64,000 bases of DNA from an uncultured archaeon (GTDB lineage Archaea > Hadarchaeota > Hadarchaeia > Hadarchaeales > WYZ-LMO6): assembly GCA_938074535.1 (NCBI GenBank), contig CALJER010000005.1, forward strand, positions 1 to 64,000, in the 5' to 3' direction. The notes beneath the pieces were generated by a model. The model saw only the letters and a list, made by a program, of their open reading frames with translations. It was not told the origin of the DNA and did not search any database. Both the position numbers and the translations under genes were made by a program. Below, one piece after another: positions 19,217 through 28,556 of the stretch. How positions within the stretch are numbered: position 1 is the first letter of the stretch; each line of letters starts with the position of its first letter.

Positions 19217-19792
19217 TTATTTAGTTTCCGCTCTTTCCACCAGAACTCTCAGCACATCGGCCTTGGTGATGATTCCCCTCACCCTTCCCCTCTCCACGAC
19301 CAGGACGGCGGGGGAGTGCTCAAGCATCGAGAGGACGGCGGGAGCCGGGAGCTCCGGACCCACGGTCGGAAAGGGTTCCCCCATCACCTCCGCCACCCTC
19401 CTCCTCAGGAGCCCCCTCCCCTCCCCCTCGGCCACCTTCCGCATCACGTCCGCCTCCGAGAGGGACCCCACCTGCGCACCGCCCTCAAGCACGGGGAGCT
19501 GTGAAATACCCCTGCTCTCCATGAGCTTCACCGCCTTTTCCACGGGATCTTTCTGCCTCACGTAGAAGACGGGTGAGGTCATCATCTCCCCGGCGCGGAG
19601 CAAGGGCTCTTCCTCCTGCTGGAGGAGCACGGAGGAGAGCCGCTCCAGGGTGGAGAGCCTGGGGTCCGCCTTTCCCGCCTCCATCTTCGCGATGTAGGCC
19701 TGGGTGAGGCCCGCGAGCTCCGCCAGCTTGGCCTGGGTCAGACCCCTCTTGAGGCGGAGGGCCTTGAGCTCCGAAGGGCGAAGGAGCCTCAT
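19217..19792 (-). CDS. HTH (Xre) plus CBS-pair transcriptional regulator
   Basis: LRLKRGLTQAKLAELAGLTQAYIAKMEAGKADPRLST, ISQLPV and GIITKAD. Confidence 0.9.
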   Translation of the reverse strand: MRLLRPSELKALRLKRGLTQAKLAELAGLTQAYIAKMEAGKADPRLSTLERLSSVLLQQEEEPLLRAGEMMTSPVFYVRQKDPVEKAVKLMESRGISQLPVLEGGAQVGSLSEADVMRKVAEGEGRGLLRRRVAEVMGEPFPTVGPELPAPAVLSMLEHSPAVLVVERGRVRGIITKADVLRVLVERAETK

Positions 19793-19869
19793 ATTCCTGT
19801 GAGTTATTTCCAGACCAAAAATATATAGGCCACGTCAGAGAGCTGCCACCGGGCTCAGGGGGGTCCTTC

Positions 19870-20658
19870 CTGAAAGGGGAGCCGGAGGAACTCACGAGGG
19901 CCGCCAGGTACCTCCTCTCCTCCCGCTACGCCCTCGCCCTCACCGGGGCGGGGATGTCCACGGAGTCAGGGATCCCCGACTTCAGGGGACCCTCCGGGAT
20001 CTGGACCAAGCATCCCGAAGAGGAAGCCAGGGCCTATCTGCTCTACCCCAGGTTCCTCTCCGACCCCAGGGGATACTGGGAGGAGGTCCTGAGCAGGCCC
20101 TCCCCTCTGGGCGACCTGCGCGCCTTCTCACCCAATCCGGGGCATCTGGCCCTGGCCGAGCTGGAGGGGATGGGGATCCTGAAAGGCGTGATCACCCAGA
20201 ACATAGACGATCTCCACCGCAGGGCGGGAAGCGCGAGGGTGCTGGAGTACCACGGAAACGCCTTCAAGCTCCGATGCCTGCGGTGCGGCGCCAGGTACCC
20301 CAGGGAGGGGTTCGATCTGGAGGGGATGAGGAAAAGGGGGGAGCTGCCGCCCAGGTGCAGGTGCGGGGAACCCCTGAAGTCCGATGTGGTCTACTTCGGG
20401 GAGCCCATTCCTGAGGACGTGATGAGGGAGAGCCTGGAGGAGGTGAGGAAGTGCGACCTCGCTCTGGTCTGCGGCACCTCGGCGGTGGTCTACCCCTTCG
20501 CCCACCTCCCCCGCCTGGCCAAGGAGAAGGGGGCCCTGCTGGTGGAGGTGAACCTGGAGCCCACGCCCCTGACCGACCTCTCCGACCTCTCCCTTTTCGG
20601 AAGGGTGGGCGAAATCCTCCCCCTGCTGGTGAAAAGGGTGAGGGAGCTGAAGGGATAA
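19870..20658 (+). CDS. cobB: Sir2/CobB NAD-dependent protein deacylase
   Basis: ALTGAGMSTESGIPDFRG, TQNIDDLH, HGN and GTS. The GAG motif lies upstream of the ORF-track ATG, so a probable CTG start at 19870. Confidence 0.9.
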   Translation: MKGEPEELTRAARYLLSSRYALALTGAGMSTESGIPDFRGPSGIWTKHPEEEARAYLLYPRFLSDPRGYWEEVLSRPSPLGDLRAFSPNPGHLALAELEGMGILKGVITQNIDDLHRRAGSARVLEYHGNAFKLRCLRCGARYPREGFDLEGMRKRGELPPRCRCGEPLKSDVVYFGEPIPEDVMRESLEEVRKCDLALVCGTSAVVYPFAHLPRLAKEKGALLVEVNLEPTPLTDLSDLSLFGRVGEILPLLVKRVRELKG

Positions 20659-20683
20659 AAGAAGGGGAAGAGCACAGGACGGG

Positions 20684-20941
20684 ATGGAAGAAGTCAGAAA
20701 ACAACTTAAGAGGATAAAAAACATCGGGACCCTCATGCTTTCAGCGGGCATCCTCCTGTTCCTGGCCGGCGCCCTTATGGCCAGGGAGGCGGGGGACCAG
20801 GAGGCGATTCTACGAGATTTATTCCTCTCCCTGCTTGGGGGCTTCATGGCCCTGCTGGGATCCGCCCTCCTCTACCACGCGGTGAAGGCATCGAGACTGC
20901 TGGGAAGGACGGGGGGAGGAGCGGGGGTCCAGGCCCGCTGA
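20684..20941 (+). CDS. Small two-TM membrane protein
   Basis: 85-aa ORF with two hydrophobic helices. Confidence 0.55.
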   Translation: MEEVRKQLKRIKNIGTLMLSAGILLFLAGALMAREAGDQEAILRDLFLSLLGGFMALLGSALLYHAVKASRLLGRTGGGAGVQAR

Positions 20942-20974
20942 TACCTTTTTATACTGAACCTACCAGAAAAGCGC

Positions 20975-21036
20975 GGATATACCGTCTTCTGGACCCGTCC
21001 GGGAGACCCGAGAAACGCGAGTTTCTTGGTATATCC
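20975..21036 (+). ncRNA. Candidate structured 5' leader RNA (three-way junction)
   Basis: P1 ggatata/tatatcc, P2 gtcttctgga/tccgggagac, P3 ccgagaaac-GCGA-gtttcttgg. TATA-like ttttata at 20947-20953. Confidence 0.6.
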
Positions 21037-21060
21037 AACAAAAAGAAAGGAGGTTAGGAA

Positions 21061-21219
21061 ATGGATATGGGGAGAGGACCCCGCAGGGGCTTCAGGCCTA
21101 GGGAGATGCACAAGGCCGTATGCTCCGACTGCGGGAAGGAATGCGAGGTGCCCTTCAAACCCACGGAGGGCAGACCCGTCTACTGCAGGGACTGCTGGGA
21201 AAAGCGCCGCAGGAGATAG
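21061..21219 (+). CDS. CxxC-x17-CxxC zinc-ribbon small protein (52 aa)
   Basis: Manual translation MDMGRGPRRGFRPREMHKAVCSDCGKECEVPFKPTEGRPVYCRDCWEKRRRR; strong SD aaggaggt. Confidence 0.9.
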   Translation: MDMGRGPRRGFRPREMHKAVCSDCGKECEVPFKPTEGRPVYCRDCWEKRRRR

Positions 21220-21278
21220 GCGGAAGCGGAGCCGATCCGTTTCCGCAGCTTCTATTTTTTACTCCCTTTTTGTTTTTC
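21220..21278 (+). terminator. Hairpin plus T-rich terminator
   Basis: gcggaagcgga-gccga-tccgtttccgc followed by T tracts. Confidence 0.7.
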
Positions 21279-21392
21279 AACTGTTTTGAGACCGCGATCA
21301 AGCTTTGATCCCTTTCCACCCTCCTTTGGAAACGGCACCTTCAGCCAACGGGAACTGACCGTCCGTTCTTCCCTCAGCCCTGCACGCAGCGA

Positions 21393-21764
21393 TCAAGAAC
21401 TTTTAACCCTGAAGAAGAGCCAGTTCTTCGGCTCACCCTTCTTGAACCTCAGCAGGCAGTAGGTTCCCCTCAGCTTCTCCCCCTTCAGCTCGAAGATCAG
21501 CCTGTCCTCCCTTCTTTCCTTCAGCACGTACTCCCCCCTGTCCCAGAGCTCCACCTCCCCCGCCCCGTAGTACCCCTCGGGGATGACGCCCTCGAAGTTC
21601 TCATATCCCAGGGGATGGTCCTCCACCTGGACGGCCAGCCTCTTCACCCCCTCCTGGCGCGGAGGCTCCTTAGGCACTGCCCAGCTCTTCAGCACGCCGT
21701 CCATCTCCAGCCTGAGGTCGTAGTGCAGGTGCCTGGCCCTGTGCTTCTGGACGACGTAGATCAC
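21393..21764 (-). CDS. Stand-alone LigD 3'-phosphoesterase (PE) domain protein
   Basis: YVVQKHRARHLHYDLRLE, LKSWAVPK, RLAVQVEDH, YGAGEVELWDRG. GTG start overlaps the aconitase stop (GTGA). Confidence 0.9.
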   Translation of the reverse strand: MIYVVQKHRARHLHYDLRLEMDGVLKSWAVPKEPPRQEGVKRLAVQVEDHPLGYENFEGVIPEGYYGAGEVELWDRGEYVLKERREDRLIFELKGEKLRGTYCLLRFKKGEPKNWLFFRVKSS

Positions 21765-23662
21765 CTTCCCAGAACCTTCCTGGCCCAGGGGAGCTTTCCC
21801 CCCACCCTCACCATCTCCTCCTCCTTCTCCGACAGGGGGGAGGGGAGGACCATCTCCCCTCCCTTCCACCTCACCCTCACCCTCCGGAGCCCGGCCGTAT
21901 CCAGGCTCAGCATCTCCCCCTTCTCCAGCTCCTCGTACTGGGAGGCGTTCAGCAGGAGGGGCAAAATCCCGAAGTTGATCAGGTTGTCCAGGTGGATGCG
22001 GGCGAAGGATTTGGCCATCACCGCCCTCACCCCCAGGTACCTCAGGACCAGGGCGGCGTGCTCCCTGCTGGACCCCTGCCCGTAGTTCTCCCCCCCCACC
22101 ACGAAGCCTCCCCCCTCCTGCTCGGCCCTCCGGTAAAAGGTGGGGTCCAGGCGGGAGAAGGTGTACTTCGCAAGCTCCGGCAGGTTGCTCCGGAGGGGGA
22201 GGACCTCCGCCCCCGCCGGGAGGATGTGGTCGGTGCTCACGTCGTCCCCCACCTTCAGCAGGACCCTGCCCTCCAGCACGTGGGGGAGGGGGGAGAACTC
22301 GGGGAGGGGGCGGATGTTGGGTCCCCTCACCACCTCCACCCTCTCCGCCTCCCCCGGAGGAAGGGGCGGGAGGAAACCCGAGGAGGGCAGGAAGCGTCCG
22401 GGCATCCTCACCCTGGGGTACCTTCCCATCCCCCGTGGATCCGTCAGCCTCCCCTCCAGGGCAGAAGCGGCCGCCACCTCCGGACTCACCAGAAAGACCC
22501 TGGCGTCAGGAGTGCCGCTCCTCCCCTCGAAGTTGCGGTTGAAGGTCCTGAGGGAGGCCGCCCCCGAAGGTGGGGCGCCCCCCATCCCTATGCAGGGGCC
22601 GCAGGCGCACTCCAGGATCCTGGCGCCCGCCCGCAGGAGGTACCTCATCTCCCCGCTCCTCACCAGGTGCTCCACCACCTGCCTGGAGCCAGGGCTTATG
22701 AGGAGATCCACTCCCTCCGCCACCCTCCTTCCCTTCAGCATGCGGGCCACCACCTTCAGGTCCCTGAGCGAGGAGTTGGTGCAGGAGCCTATCACCACCT
22801 GCTGCACCTCCTCCCCCTCCACCTCCCTCACGGGCCTCACGTTGCCGGGACTGTGGGGGAGGGCCACCAGGGGCTCCAGCCTTCCCAGCTCCACCTCCTC
22901 CACCTCCCCGTAACCCCCCTCCTCGGGGAGGGGCGTCCAGTCGCCCTCCCTCCCCTGCGCCCTGAGGAACTGCTTGGTGACACCGTCGCTGGGGAAGAGG
23001 CTGGTGGTGGCCCCCGTCTCCGTTCCCAGGTTGGCCACCGTGGCCCTCTCGGGAACGCCCAGCCCCCTCACTCCCGCTCCGAAGTACTCCAGGGCCTTCC
23101 CCCTTCCTCCCCTGACCCCCAGCCTCCTGAGCACCTCCAGCGCCAGGTCCTTGGCGGAGACCCAGTCGGGAAGCTCCCCGGAGAGCCTGATCCCCAGCAC
23201 CTCCGGGTAGGTGAAGGAGTAGGGCAGGCCGGCCATGGCCAGGGCCACATCCAGCCCTCCCGCCCCCATGGCCAGGCAGCCCACCGCCCCGGCGGTGGGG
23301 GTGTGGCTGTCCGAGCCCAGAAGGGTCTTTCCGGGGGAGGCGAAGCGCTCCAGGTGGAGCTGGTGGCAGATGCCGGTGCCCGGGGGGGAGAAGTGGATGC
23401 CGTACCTCCTGGCCACCGAGAGCAGGTAGCGGTGATCGTCCGCGCTCCTGAAGTCGGTCTGAAGGGTGTTGTGGTCCACGTAGCTCACGCTGAGCTCCGT
23501 CCTCACCCGCGGAAGCCCCAGGGCCTCGAACTCCAGGTAAGCCAGGGTGCCGGTGGCGTCCTGGGTGAGGGTCTGGTCCACCCTCACCGCCACTTCCTCC
23601 CCCGGAGAGGGCCTTCCCTCCACCAGATGCCTTCTCACGATCCTCTCCAGGAGAGTCGCCAT
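21761..23662 (-). CDS. Aconitate hydratase (single-chain aconitase family)
   Basis: QDATG, DHN, GICHQ, SDSHT, GSCTN, CGPCIG, TDHI and GSSREHA. Confidence 0.9.
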   Translation of the reverse strand: MATLLERIVRRHLVEGRPSPGEEVAVRVDQTLTQDATGTLAYLEFEALGLPRVRTELSVSYVDHNTLQTDFRSADDHRYLLSVARRYGIHFSPPGTGICHQLHLERFASPGKTLLGSDSHTPTAGAVGCLAMGAGGLDVALAMAGLPYSFTYPEVLGIRLSGELPDWVSAKDLALEVLRRLGVRGGRGKALEYFGAGVRGLGVPERATVANLGTETGATTSLFPSDGVTKQFLRAQGREGDWTPLPEEGGYGEVEEVELGRLEPLVALPHSPGNVRPVREVEGEEVQQVVIGSCTNSSLRDLKVVARMLKGRRVAEGVDLLISPGSRQVVEHLVRSGEMRYLLRAGARILECACGPCIGMGGAPPSGAASLRTFNRNFEGRSGTPDARVFLVSPEVAAASALEGRLTDPRGMGRYPRVRMPGRFLPSSGFLPPLPPGEAERVEVVRGPNIRPLPEFSPLPHVLEGRVLLKVGDDVSTDHILPAGAEVLPLRSNLPELAKYTFSRLDPTFYRRAEQEGGGFVVGGENYGQGSSREHAALVLRYLGVRAVMAKSFARIHLDNLINFGILPLLLNASQYEELEKGEMLSLDTAGLRRVRVRWKGGEMVLPSPLSEKEEEMVRVGGKLPWARKVLGR

Positions 23663-23692
23663 CCCTGATTCCTACTCCCTGCAGCCTAAAAG

Positions 23693-23965
23693 CTAGCCCT
23701 GGCGCTTCACCAGCTTTCTGAGTTCTTCCACCCTTGAGGGGGGAACGATCTTCCTCCTCTCCAGGTCCTCCAAGCACTTCTCCGCGTACCTGCACCAGAC
23801 CACGCAGGAGGGGGAGGCCTCCCTGTGGACCTTCCTCCCGCACTTCGGGCACTTGGTCTCGGTCTCGTACTCGAAGAACTCCACCTCCTCCCCGCAGGCG
23901 GGACAGGTCCTGACCACTATTTGCGGCTCCACCAGCTTCCTTATCCCGGGGCAGGTGTCCATCAT
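23693..23965 (-). CDS. Small Cys-rich zinc-ribbon protein
   Basis: CPG...CPACG...CPKCG...SCVVWCRYAEKC; directly downstream of desulfoferrodoxin. Confidence 0.75.
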   Translation of the reverse strand: MMDTCPGIRKLVEPQIVVRTCPACGEEVEFFEYETETKCPKCGRKVHREASPSCVVWCRYAEKCLEDLERRKIVPPSRVEELRKLVKRQG

Positions 23966-23977
23966 CCACCCCTCACC

Positions 23978-24358
23978 TCACCCGGTCCTCCAGAGGCCGT
24001 GGACGTTGCAGTACTCCCTGGCTTTCTCCGCCTTCACCCCGAACTCCGCCTCCGGCGCCCCACCTGGGTTCAGGAACTTCAGGCAGAGGAGGCCCTCCCC
24101 CTCCACCTCCACCCACTCGATGTAGTGCTTCTCCTCCATCGGGTGGGGCACCGAACCCACCTTCACCCTCACTCCCCTCTCCGTTCCCTCCACCACGGGC
24201 ACGTGCTTCTCCCTCCCCACCTCCTCCGTCCTCTCCTGCAGCAGCTCCATGGGCTGGCCGCAGCAGACCAGCTGTCCCCTCCCGGCGTGCAGCACCATCA
24301 CGATGTTGCCGCAGATGTTGCACCTGTAGACCTGCTTCCTCTCCGTCATCCTCTTCAC
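23978..24358 (-). CDS. dfx: Desulfoferrodoxin (2Fe superoxide reductase)
   Basis: [32 protein letters not shown] and YCNVHGLW. Confidence 0.95.
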   Translation of the reverse strand: MKRMTERKQVYRCNICGNIVMVLHAGRGQLVCCGQPMELLQERTEEVGREKHVPVVEGTERGVRVKVGSVPHPMEEKHYIEWVEVEGEGLLCLKFLNPGGAPEAEFGVKAEKAREYCNVHGLWRTG

Positions 24359-25341
24359 TCTCCTCCGTGCGGTAAAAGGGTTCTCTTTCTCCCCCTCAGA
24401 ACCCAGAAGGTCCCCCCCGCCAGGAGGGCGAGCACGACCGCCGCCGCCGCGAGGGTGAGAAGGGGCGGGCCGGGCGGGGAGTACTGGTAGGAGAAGCTCG
24501 TGCCGCCCAGGTCCCGGAGCAGGGACTGGAAGAGCTCCATGTTATCCCCCGAGAAAGTGTAGACCCCGTTCTCGTTCTCGAAGCCCTCGGGCAGGCCCGA
24601 GACCTCGGCTCCCTCGGGGAGCTTGAGGCTCAGGGAGAAGTTCTCCACGGATACCTCCCCCGGTAAATCCTCGAGGTTGAAGCCCCCAGGCAGCTTCACC
24701 ACCACCCGGTTCCCCTCCCGTGGGAGGCTGAACTCCGCGCGCGCCGAGAGGAGCGCTCCTCCTTCCGCAAGCTCCTGGGAAAGCCGCAGGCTCAGGGGGA
24801 GGTATTCCCTCCCCTCCTCCACCCCTCCCAGCACCACCAGGAGGGAGAACTCCACACCGGGCCGGAGCACCTTCAGCTCCCTCACCTCTATCTTCTCCAG
24901 CACCATCTCCCTCATCCCCTCGGGAAGCCCGATCTCGGGTAGCTTCAGCCGGATGGTTCCCGTGGATCCACCCTCCCCCATCAGCTCCCCCAGGGTTTTC
25001 CCCTCGTAGGAGGAGAGGAAGGCGTTCAGGAGCTGAAGGTTCAGGGAAGAAAGGAGGTCCTCCACCCCCTCAGGAAGCTTTATCCCCACGCTCCCCTTCA
25101 GCTCCAGCTTCGCGGAGGAGGAACCTGAGCCTGAGGCCCTCAGCTCCAGCTCCAGGGGAAAGAGGTTCTCCGTTCCCCCCCGCAGCAAGGCCGAGGCTTC
25201 CACGGTGCACCTCGCCCCGGGGGTCAGCTCCACCCGCACCTCCAGGTCCCTCACCTGGAGCTCCGCACCCCCCGCCCCGGCCACACCCGCCGAAGCCAGC
25301 AAAAGAAGCACCATCAACGAAGGGGGGAGGAACCTCTGCAT
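24355..25341 (-). CDS. Hypothetical exported protein with C-terminal TM anchor
   Basis: Signal-peptide-like N-terminus; C-terminal hydrophobic helix followed by RGRKR. Confidence 0.65.
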   Translation of the reverse strand: MQRFLPPSLMVLLLLASAGVAGAGGAELQVRDLEVRVELTPGARCTVEASALLRGGTENLFPLELELRASGSGSSSAKLELKGSVGIKLPEGVEDLLSSLNLQLLNAFLSSYEGKTLGELMGEGGSTGTIRLKLPEIGLPEGMREMVLEKIEVRELKVLRPGVEFSLLVVLGGVEEGREYLPLSLRLSQELAEGGALLSARAEFSLPREGNRVVVKLPGGFNLEDLPGEVSVENFSLSLKLPEGAEVSGLPEGFENENGVYTFSGDNMELFQSLLRDLGGTSFSYQYSPPGPPLLTLAAAAVVLALLAGGTFWVLRGRKRTLLPHGGE

Positions 25342-25439
25342 GCCACTCCTCCTTCAAATCCTCCCCTTAAATAGCACGGGGTTCCCCCGCCGGCTTCCGG
25401 GAAGCGCCTGCACATCCTCCGCGGGCGGTAGAGTTTAAA

Positions 25440-25736
25440 ATGGGGAAGGGGAAAAGAAACAGGATGGAGTTCCCCGAGATGGTGGAAGAGGAGGAGGAGG
25501 AAGAGGAAGAGGAGGACTGGATCACGGCGGCCAGACTGGAGGTGCTGGAATACCTCCTCCGCCGGTACGGGAACCTCAGGGCCAAGGACCTGGCCGAGAT
25601 CCTGGGCTGCAGGCCCGCCACCATCCAGCCCCTCCTGAAAAGGCTCGAGGGGTGCGGGAGGGCCAGGCGCCTGAAGATGGGGAAGAACTCGGTGTGGGCC
25701 CTCAACGAGCGCTTCCCGGACACCATCTACTACTAG
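25440..25736 (+). CDS. Small winged-HTH protein with poly-Glu tract
   Basis: LRAKDLAEILGCRPATIQPLLKRLE HTH-like segment; ten-Glu run near the N-terminus. Confidence 0.65.
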   Translation: MGKGKRNRMEFPEMVEEEEEEEEEEDWITAARLEVLEYLLRRYGNLRAKDLAEILGCRPATIQPLLKRLEGCGRARRLKMGKNSVWALNERFPDTIYY

Positions 25737-25777
25737 CTTCCGATAAGGTAAAAACCGGGCGGGCCCAAACTGATGGC

Positions 25778-25990
25778 GTGGAAAGAATCTCCGAGCTGGA
25801 GTCGAGGCTCTCCTCCCTGACCAAGCGGCTGGAGGAGCTGGAGAAGCGCCTGGAGGCGCTGGAGAGGAAAAGCTACCCCCCTCCGCGCTGGGGCCCGCAG
25901 GAAGCGGAGAAGCCCAGGAACGAAAAGCAGTGGGGATACCTGAGCAGGACCATAGCCGAGGCCAAGAGAGAGTACCAGAAGACCCTTTGA
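25778..25990 (+). CDS. Small coiled-coil protein
   Basis: GTG start; ISELESRLSSLTKRLEELEKRLEALE heptads. Confidence 0.55.
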   Translation: MERISELESRLSSLTKRLEELEKRLEALERKSYPPPRWGPQEAEKPRNEKQWGYLSRTIAEAKREYQKTL

Positions 25991-26032
25991 TTTCCTCAAA
26001 TAGGGAAGAACCTCCATTCCCTCTGGTGGAGC

Positions 26033-26593
26033 ATGAAGGAGGAGCTCCTCGGTCCGCTCTTCTGGCTCCTGATCCTGGGGAGCTGGGTGGCGGGAGCCTC
26101 CTGCGGCTACTGGCTGGGAGGAGACCTCTCCAGAGACCTCAGCCTGCTGACCAGCGTGCCTCCCCCCTCCGAGCTGGAGAGGTGGTGGGAGCCCCTCCTC
26201 TTCTTCGCCCTGACACCCCTCTCCTGCTACCTGCTCTCGCAGCTCTTCTTCGGCGCGGGCGCGCCCTTCCTCCTCTTCTTCAGGGGGACCCACGACGGGG
26301 GAGTCCTGATAAGAGCGCTGGAATCCTCCCTCTCCGGTTTTTCCTTTCCCCGCCTCCCCGCCCAGGCCGTCCTCTCCACCCTCTTCATCCTGCTCGTCCT
26401 CTCCGTCAACCTTCCCCTCTGCCTCTGGGCCTCCCACCTGGGCACCTCCAGGGCCACCTACCTGAGGCACAGGATCGCGGGGAGGCCCGTCCGCGCGGGC
26501 GAGGGAGCTTCCGCTCTCTCCCCCCTCGCCCTCCTGCTGGGCTTCTCCCTGGTGGCGGGTCTCCTCGCTTCCCTCCTCTTCGGCCACCTTTAG
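26033..26593 (+). CDS. Multi-pass membrane protein (weak SpoIIM-like appearance)
   Basis: About five hydrophobic segments. Confidence 0.65.
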   Translation: MKEELLGPLFWLLILGSWVAGASCGYWLGGDLSRDLSLLTSVPPPSELERWWEPLLFFALTPLSCYLLSQLFFGAGAPFLLFFRGTHDGGVLIRALESSLSGFSFPRLPAQAVLSTLFILLVLSVNLPLCLWASHLGTSRATYLRHRIAGRPVRAGEGASALSPLALLLGFSLVAGLLASLLFGHL

Positions 26594-26602
26594 GACAAAG
26601 AT

Positions 26603-27721
26603 CTAGGCGGGCCTGAACCTGTCCCTGAGCTTCTCGAGGACCTTCGGGAGGGTGGTGTACTCCATGGCGTCCTGGGCCAGGCGGGCTGGCTCGAACTCGC
26701 CCATCCTCCTCAGCGCCGCCATGTACTCCATCGCCTCCCTCCTGGCCAGGTCGAAGGCCACATCCTCGAAGAGGTCCACCACCATCGGGTTGCCCGAGTC
26801 GTCCCTGGCTATGGCCCCCTCGCAGACCTGGAAGCCCAGCCCCACCAGCCTGGGGGGTCCGTCGAAGACCGTACACCTGGAGTCCTTCAGCCCCACCGGC
26901 ATCAGGGGCCCCCAGTGGCTTCCCCTCATCCACCCCTCCACGAAGTAGCTGTGCATGAAGGGGGCCAGGATCTCACCCACCGCGGGGAGACCGTGCTGGG
27001 CCCTCACCACGCAGACCGGGTCATCTTTTCCCACGTACTTCCCCGCGATCAGGGAGAGCTTGGTGGTGCTGGTGGAGGCGCAGACCATATCGTCGGAGGC
27101 CCTCCACACCCTGGAGATCACGTACCTCCCTGGGCTTCCCACCAGGGCCAGGACCTCGTACATCTCCTCCGGGCACTTCAGCACGAGCTTCTTGCTCTCT
27201 ATCAGGTCGAACACCTCGAACTTGAACCCTCCCACCATGGCCGGGTCGATGACCAGGCCGGCCGTGTTGAAGGGATCGGCGAAGGCCCTGAAAAGGGGAT
27301 AGTTGAAGGCACCGGGCTCCGTCTTGTCCATCGCCAGGACTATCACGGGGTCGGAGGGGCGCTCCTCGAACTCCATCTCGGCCACCCCCGGTCCCATCCC
27401 CCTGACGTTGCCGCTGAAGGCCGTCTTCAGGATGTCCTGCCCCGCCGCGTAGAGCTTCAAACTCCTGGACCTCTCCGCCGCCTTCCTGAAGGTTTCCCAG
27501 GCCAGGCCGTGGATCTCCGGGTTGTCCTCCCCCCTCCGGTGCACCATGAGGAGCTCCAGGTCGTCCCCGGCGTTGAAAACGTAAGAGCTGTTGATCAGGC
27601 CCGTCTCCTCCGCCTTCTTCAGCTCCTCCCTGGCCACCCTCAGGAGGGGCTCAGGCACGGTGTGGTGGCCCACCAGCGAGCCCACGTCGGCTTTGATCAC
27701 CGATACCGTGGTCTTGGCCAT
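26603..27721 (-). CDS. fbp: Fructose-1,6-bisphosphate aldolase/phosphatase (FBPase class V)
   Basis: SVIKADVGS, GDD, AGQD, DKTEPGAFN, YVGKDDP, GWMRGSH and EYTT. True ATG at 27721. Confidence 0.95.
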   Translation of the reverse strand: MAKTTVSVIKADVGSLVGHHTVPEPLLRVAREELKKAEETGLINSSYVFNAGDDLELLMVHRRGEDNPEIHGLAWETFRKAAERSRSLKLYAAGQDILKTAFSGNVRGMGPGVAEMEFEERPSDPVIVLAMDKTEPGAFNYPLFRAFADPFNTAGLVIDPAMVGGFKFEVFDLIESKKLVLKCPEEMYEVLALVGSPGRYVISRVWRASDDMVCASTSTTKLSLIAGKYVGKDDPVCVVRAQHGLPAVGEILAPFMHSYFVEGWMRGSHWGPLMPVGLKDSRCTVFDGPPRLVGLGFQVCEGAIARDDSGNPMVVDLFEDVAFDLARREAMEYMAALRRMGEFEPARLAQDAMEYTTLPKVLEKLRDRFRPA

Positions 27722-27753
27722 CTTTCTACTTCCGCCTCCCCATATAAAAGGAC

Positions 27754-27942
27754 TCAGCGAACCCTCAGGGCGTAGCTCCCTTCCTGCTTGATCTTGAGGG
27801 CCCTGGCTATCTGGGACCTCTCCGGGTCCCTCACCACCACGTATCCCTTCCACTCCGCAGAAAAGGAGCTCCCCTTGCAGACGGGGCACGAATCCACCTT
27901 GCTCACAATCCTGTGGCACTTCCTGCAGGCCTGCTCCTTCAT
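27754..27942 (-). CDS. spt4: Transcription elongation factor Spt4 (RpoE'')
   Basis: ACRKCH...CPVC...WKGYVVV.DPERSQIA...YALRV. Confidence 0.9.
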   Translation of the reverse strand: MKEQACRKCHRIVSKVDSCPVCKGSSFSAEWKGYVVVRDPERSQIARALKIKQEGSYALRVR

Positions 27943-28496
27943 CCCCTGCCCCCCTTCTTTCCCTCCGCCAGCCACTCCAGCTTGCCCAGGCCCGGCTGAC
28001 GCATGGTGAGCCCAACCTTCCCCCTGTAGTCCCTCTTGAGGCTCACCGACACCACCCTGGCCCTGAGCCTGTCGCCCTCCTTCAGCGACCTGCCCGTTTC
28101 CTTCCCCACCAGGGCACCCTTCTTCTCGTCGTAGGAAACGTAGTCGTCCATGACCTGCGAAATGTGGAGGAGGGCGTCCAGCGGACCCACCCTGACGAAG
28201 CTCCCGAAGCTCACCACCTCCACCACCTCCCCCAGCACCACCTCGTTCAGCTCGGGGCGGTAGGTGAGGGCCTCGAAGACCACCTGGTGGTAGCTGGCCC
28301 CATCCCCCATGATCACCCTCCCCACTCCTATCTCCTTCACCCCCGTGATGGCCACCACCATTCCCACATCCTTGTCCATCACCCCCTCGTAGGTCTGCTG
28401 CAGCAGCTCCGCCACCACCTTCTCCAGGGGCTCGCCGAAGCGGTGGGGCGGAACTCTCACCGTGTCCCTCAGGGTCACCCTCCAGTGCACTTCCAC
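27939..28496 (-). CDS. rpo7: DNA-directed RNA polymerase subunit E' (Rpo7)
   Basis: VRVPPHRFG, GDGASY, LLHISQVMDD and LTMRQPGLGKLEW. Confidence 0.95.
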   Translation of the reverse strand: MEVHWRVTLRDTVRVPPHRFGEPLEKVVAELLQQTYEGVMDKDVGMVVAITGVKEIGVGRVIMGDGASYHQVVFEALTYRPELNEVVLGEVVEVVSFGSFVRVGPLDALLHISQVMDDYVSYDEKKGALVGKETGRSLKEGDRLRARVVSVSLKRDYRGKVGLTMRQPGLGKLEWLAEGKKGGRG

Positions 28497-28556
28497 ACCT
28501 CCGAACCAGAAAACCTAATCATCCTCGACGGAGAGCCTATTAAAAGGTTGCCGAAC

